Shown: positions 25,974 through 28,067 of the stretch, piece by piece
How the letters are laid out: every line of letters starts with the position of its first letter
Position numbering within the stretch: position 1 is the first letter of the stretch
Source: a virus
Taxonomy: Duplodnaviria; Caudoviricetes
IMG/VR virus record: IMGVR_UViG_3300024258_000098
Location: 1-28,067 of that record
Reading direction: 5' to 3' (one strand)
Length of the DNA stretch: 28,067 nt
The notes under the pieces: generated by a model
Told to the model about the DNA's origin: nothing
The model's database searches: none
The model's input: the letters and a program-made list of their open reading frames with translations, nothing else
Made by a program: the position numbers and the translations under genes

Positions 25974-27671
25974 ATGAGTAAAAGAAAAAAATATTCAAAA
26001 GAAGAACTGTATTTAGCAAATCTATTACAAGATTTTCCAACATACTTACAATATGCTTTTAAAATGACAAACTTACCACCACCTACACCATTGCAGTTAG
26101 ATATTGCAAAAGAAATAGGGAAAGGTAATAAAAGGTTCTTATTAGAAGCATTCAGGGGTATAGGTAAAACTTTGATAACTGGTATATATGCAAGTTGGAG
26201 ATTATTAAGAAATAAAGAAGAAAAAATCTTAATTATATCTGCAACAAGTATTCATGCCACAGCAATTTCTACTTATATTAAAAGTTTATTGTCAGATTTG
26301 CCAGTATTAAACCATTTGATACCAGGCCCAGACCAAAGAAATAGTGTTATGTCTTTTGATGTAGCAGGTTCTTTAAGTTCTGTTCAACCTTCTGTTAAAT
26401 GTTTAGGTATAACAAGTCAATTACAAGGTAATAGAGCAACACTTATCATTGCAGATGATGTTGAAACTTCTATTAACAGTGCAACAGAAATAATGAGACA
26501 AAAAATACAAACACAAATAAATGAGTTTGACTCTATTCTAAAAACTGATAGTCATAGTTCTATATTAGCATTAGGAACACCACAATCATTAGATAGTATT
26601 TATAATAGATTTCCTTCAAAAGGATTTCTTGTTAGAATATATCCAGCACAAATACCTGAAAAGATTGAATTATATGAAGGTAAATTAGCACCATACATTG
26701 AAGATTTAAAAAGTGTTTATAATTATGAAGTAGGTGATGCAACAGATACAAGATTTTCATTATCAGACTTACAAGAAAGAGAATACTCTACTGGTAAGTC
26801 TTACTATATGCTACAATATATGTTAGATACTACATTATCAGATGCAAATAAATACCCTTTAAAACAAAGTGATATGATAGTTTATGATATAGGTGATAAA
26901 GCACCAGTATCAATAGGTTATAGTCAAAATACAGCAAGTGTTATTACTGATGTTCCTAATATAGGTTTCACTGGTGATAGTTTTTATTCACCTTCTTATG
27001 TTGATAATGATTTTATTGACTTTCAACAAACATTTATGGCAATTGACCCTTCTGGTCAAGGTTCTGATGAACAAGGTTATGCTATTGTGTCTTTAACACA
27101 TGGTAAAGTCTTTATTAGACAAGTAGGTGGTATGAAAGGTGGTTATCAAGAAGAAAACTTAATGAAGTTAGCATTAGAAGCAAAAAAATATAAAGTTCAA
27201 AAGGTATTCATTGAGTCTAACTTTGGTGATGGAATGTTTGATAAATTATTCACACCTTACTTAATGAAATTCAACCCTTGTGAAGTTGAACCAGTTAGAA
27301 GTAATACACAAAAAGAAGTTAGAATTATTGATACATTAGAACCATTATTAAATCAACATAAGTTAGTTTTTGATTTATCTATGATTAAAAAAGATATCAC
27401 AAGGGCATTAGAAGACCCTGATTATATTTCTTATAGTCTTATTTATCAATTAACACATATAACTAAACAAAGAGGTAGTCTTAAACACGATGATAGACTT
27501 GATGCATTAGCTATAGCCTTAAAACAATTAGATGAATATGTTGGTGTTAATACTGATGATGCACTTAAAGCCTTTAAAGAAGACCAATTTCAAAAAGAAT
27601 TAAACCTGTTTATTAATGGATTTAATTCAACTAATGGAACTAACTTTTTAGATAGTTTTAAAACCCTTTAA
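25974..27671 (+). CDS. terL: Terminase large subunit (T7 gp19-like)
   Basis: Walker A AFRGIGKT, GITSQLQGNRA, Walker B IIADDVE, LGTPQ, nuclease IDPSGQGSDE, ESNFGDGMF, HDDRLDAL. Confidence 0.97.
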   Translation: MSKRKKYSKEELYLANLLQDFPTYLQYAFKMTNLPPPTPLQLDIAKEIGKGNKRFLLEAFRGIGKTLITGIYASWRLLRNKEEKILIISATSIHATAISTYIKSLLSDLPVLNHLIPGPDQRNSVMSFDVAGSLSSVQPSVKCLGITSQLQGNRATLIIADDVETSINSATEIMRQKIQTQINEFDSILKTDSHSSILALGTPQSLDSIYNRFPSKGFLVRIYPAQIPEKIELYEGKLAPYIEDLKSVYNYEVGDATDTRFSLSDLQEREYSTGKSYYMLQYMLDTTLSDANKYPLKQSDMIVYDIGDKAPVSIGYSQNTASVITDVPNIGFTGDSFYSPSYVDNDFIDFQQTFMAIDPSGQGSDEQGYAIVSLTHGKVFIRQVGGMKGGYQEENLMKLALEAKKYKVQKVFIESNFGDGMFDKLFTPYLMKFNPCEVEPVRSNTQKEVRIIDTLEPLLNQHKLVFDLSMIKKDITRALEDPDYISYSLIYQLTHITKQRGSLKHDDRLDALAIALKQLDEYVGVNTDDALKAFKEDQFQKELNLFINGFNSTNGTNFLDSFKTL

Positions 27672-27672
27672 A

Positions 27673-27694
27673 ATATGGCAGCTACCATTAGAAG
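27673..27694 (+). promoter_or_regulatory. Putative phage promoter motif right after terL
   Basis: ATATGGCAGCTACCATTAGAAG. Confidence 0.7.
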
Positions 27695-27707
27695 AAAGAC
27701 TTCAAAA

Positions 27708-27729
27708 AGTTGGCGGTTGCCATTAGAAG
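27708..27729 (+). promoter_or_regulatory. Putative phage promoter motif, tandem copy
   Basis: AGTTGGCGGTTGCCATTAGAAG, starting 35 nt after the previous copy. Confidence 0.7.
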
Positions 27730-27733
27730 AAAA

Positions 27734-27770
27734 AACATTTAATCAATGTTAAGACCTAATTATTTAGGTC
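27734..27770. repeat. Two short adjacent inverted repeats
   Basis: AACATT-TAATC-AATGTT (27734-27750) and GACCTAA-TTAT-TTAGGTC (27753-27770). Confidence 0.5.
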
Positions 27771-28067
27771 AATAAGTATAACTACTTTTCTATGTTATAC
27801 TTTCCACCAGTAATGGTAGGACTTGTCAGAGCGTTTAATAGATAATGTATGAAATTGTATATATAATAAAGAAAATATACATATAAATACATTGTTAGTC
27901 TATTACCCTGCTTCCTAATGATAATAATAAACAAAATTAATTTTGTTATAAACACTGAAAAGAAAAGGTGTAGTATAAGGTTTAGGGCTTTTTATACAGT
28001 TATTATCTATGTAGAATAGGAATGAGCAAGTAAAAGATTTAGATATATGTAATGCATATATTGTTTT

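Noticed and set aside
27804-27822. Reverse-strand motif copy (CCTACCATTACTGG)
   Set aside because: Only CTACCATTA matches; the GGCRG half and +1 G are absent.

Overview
A strongly AT-rich (roughly 25-30% GC by eye) phage segment with all credible genes on the + strand. It holds nearly the whole morphogenesis module of a T7-like (Autographiviridae-type) podophage. Order: stand-alone DnaB/RecA-fold helicase, a ~470-nt non-coding control region, three small ORFs, portal, scaffold, major capsid, tail tubular A and B, two collagen-like fibre genes each followed by a small chaperone-like gene, a beta-helix tailspike with a C-terminal autocleaving chaperone, a lysis cassette (holin, overlapping spanin pair, XhlA-like), internal virion proteins (gp13/14/15-like and an apparently split gp16-like pair), a pesticin-type lysozyme, and small and large terminase. 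The lipoprotein spanin implies a Gram-negative host. No RNA polymerase, DNA polymerase, integrase, tRNA or CRISPR array is visible. Most notable: (i) six intergenic copies of a 22-nt motif (consensus ATATGGCRGYTRCCATTAGAAG) positioned like phage RNAP promoters, one of them antisense and directly ahead of a tiny hairpin; (ii) a split ejection protein whose halves each have one Cys, 7 residues either side of the split; (iii) a possible ADP-ribosyltransferase-like cargo domain on that protein; (iv) a capsid leader with mutually exclusive pairings. All calls come from motif recognition and synteny; no database search was run.
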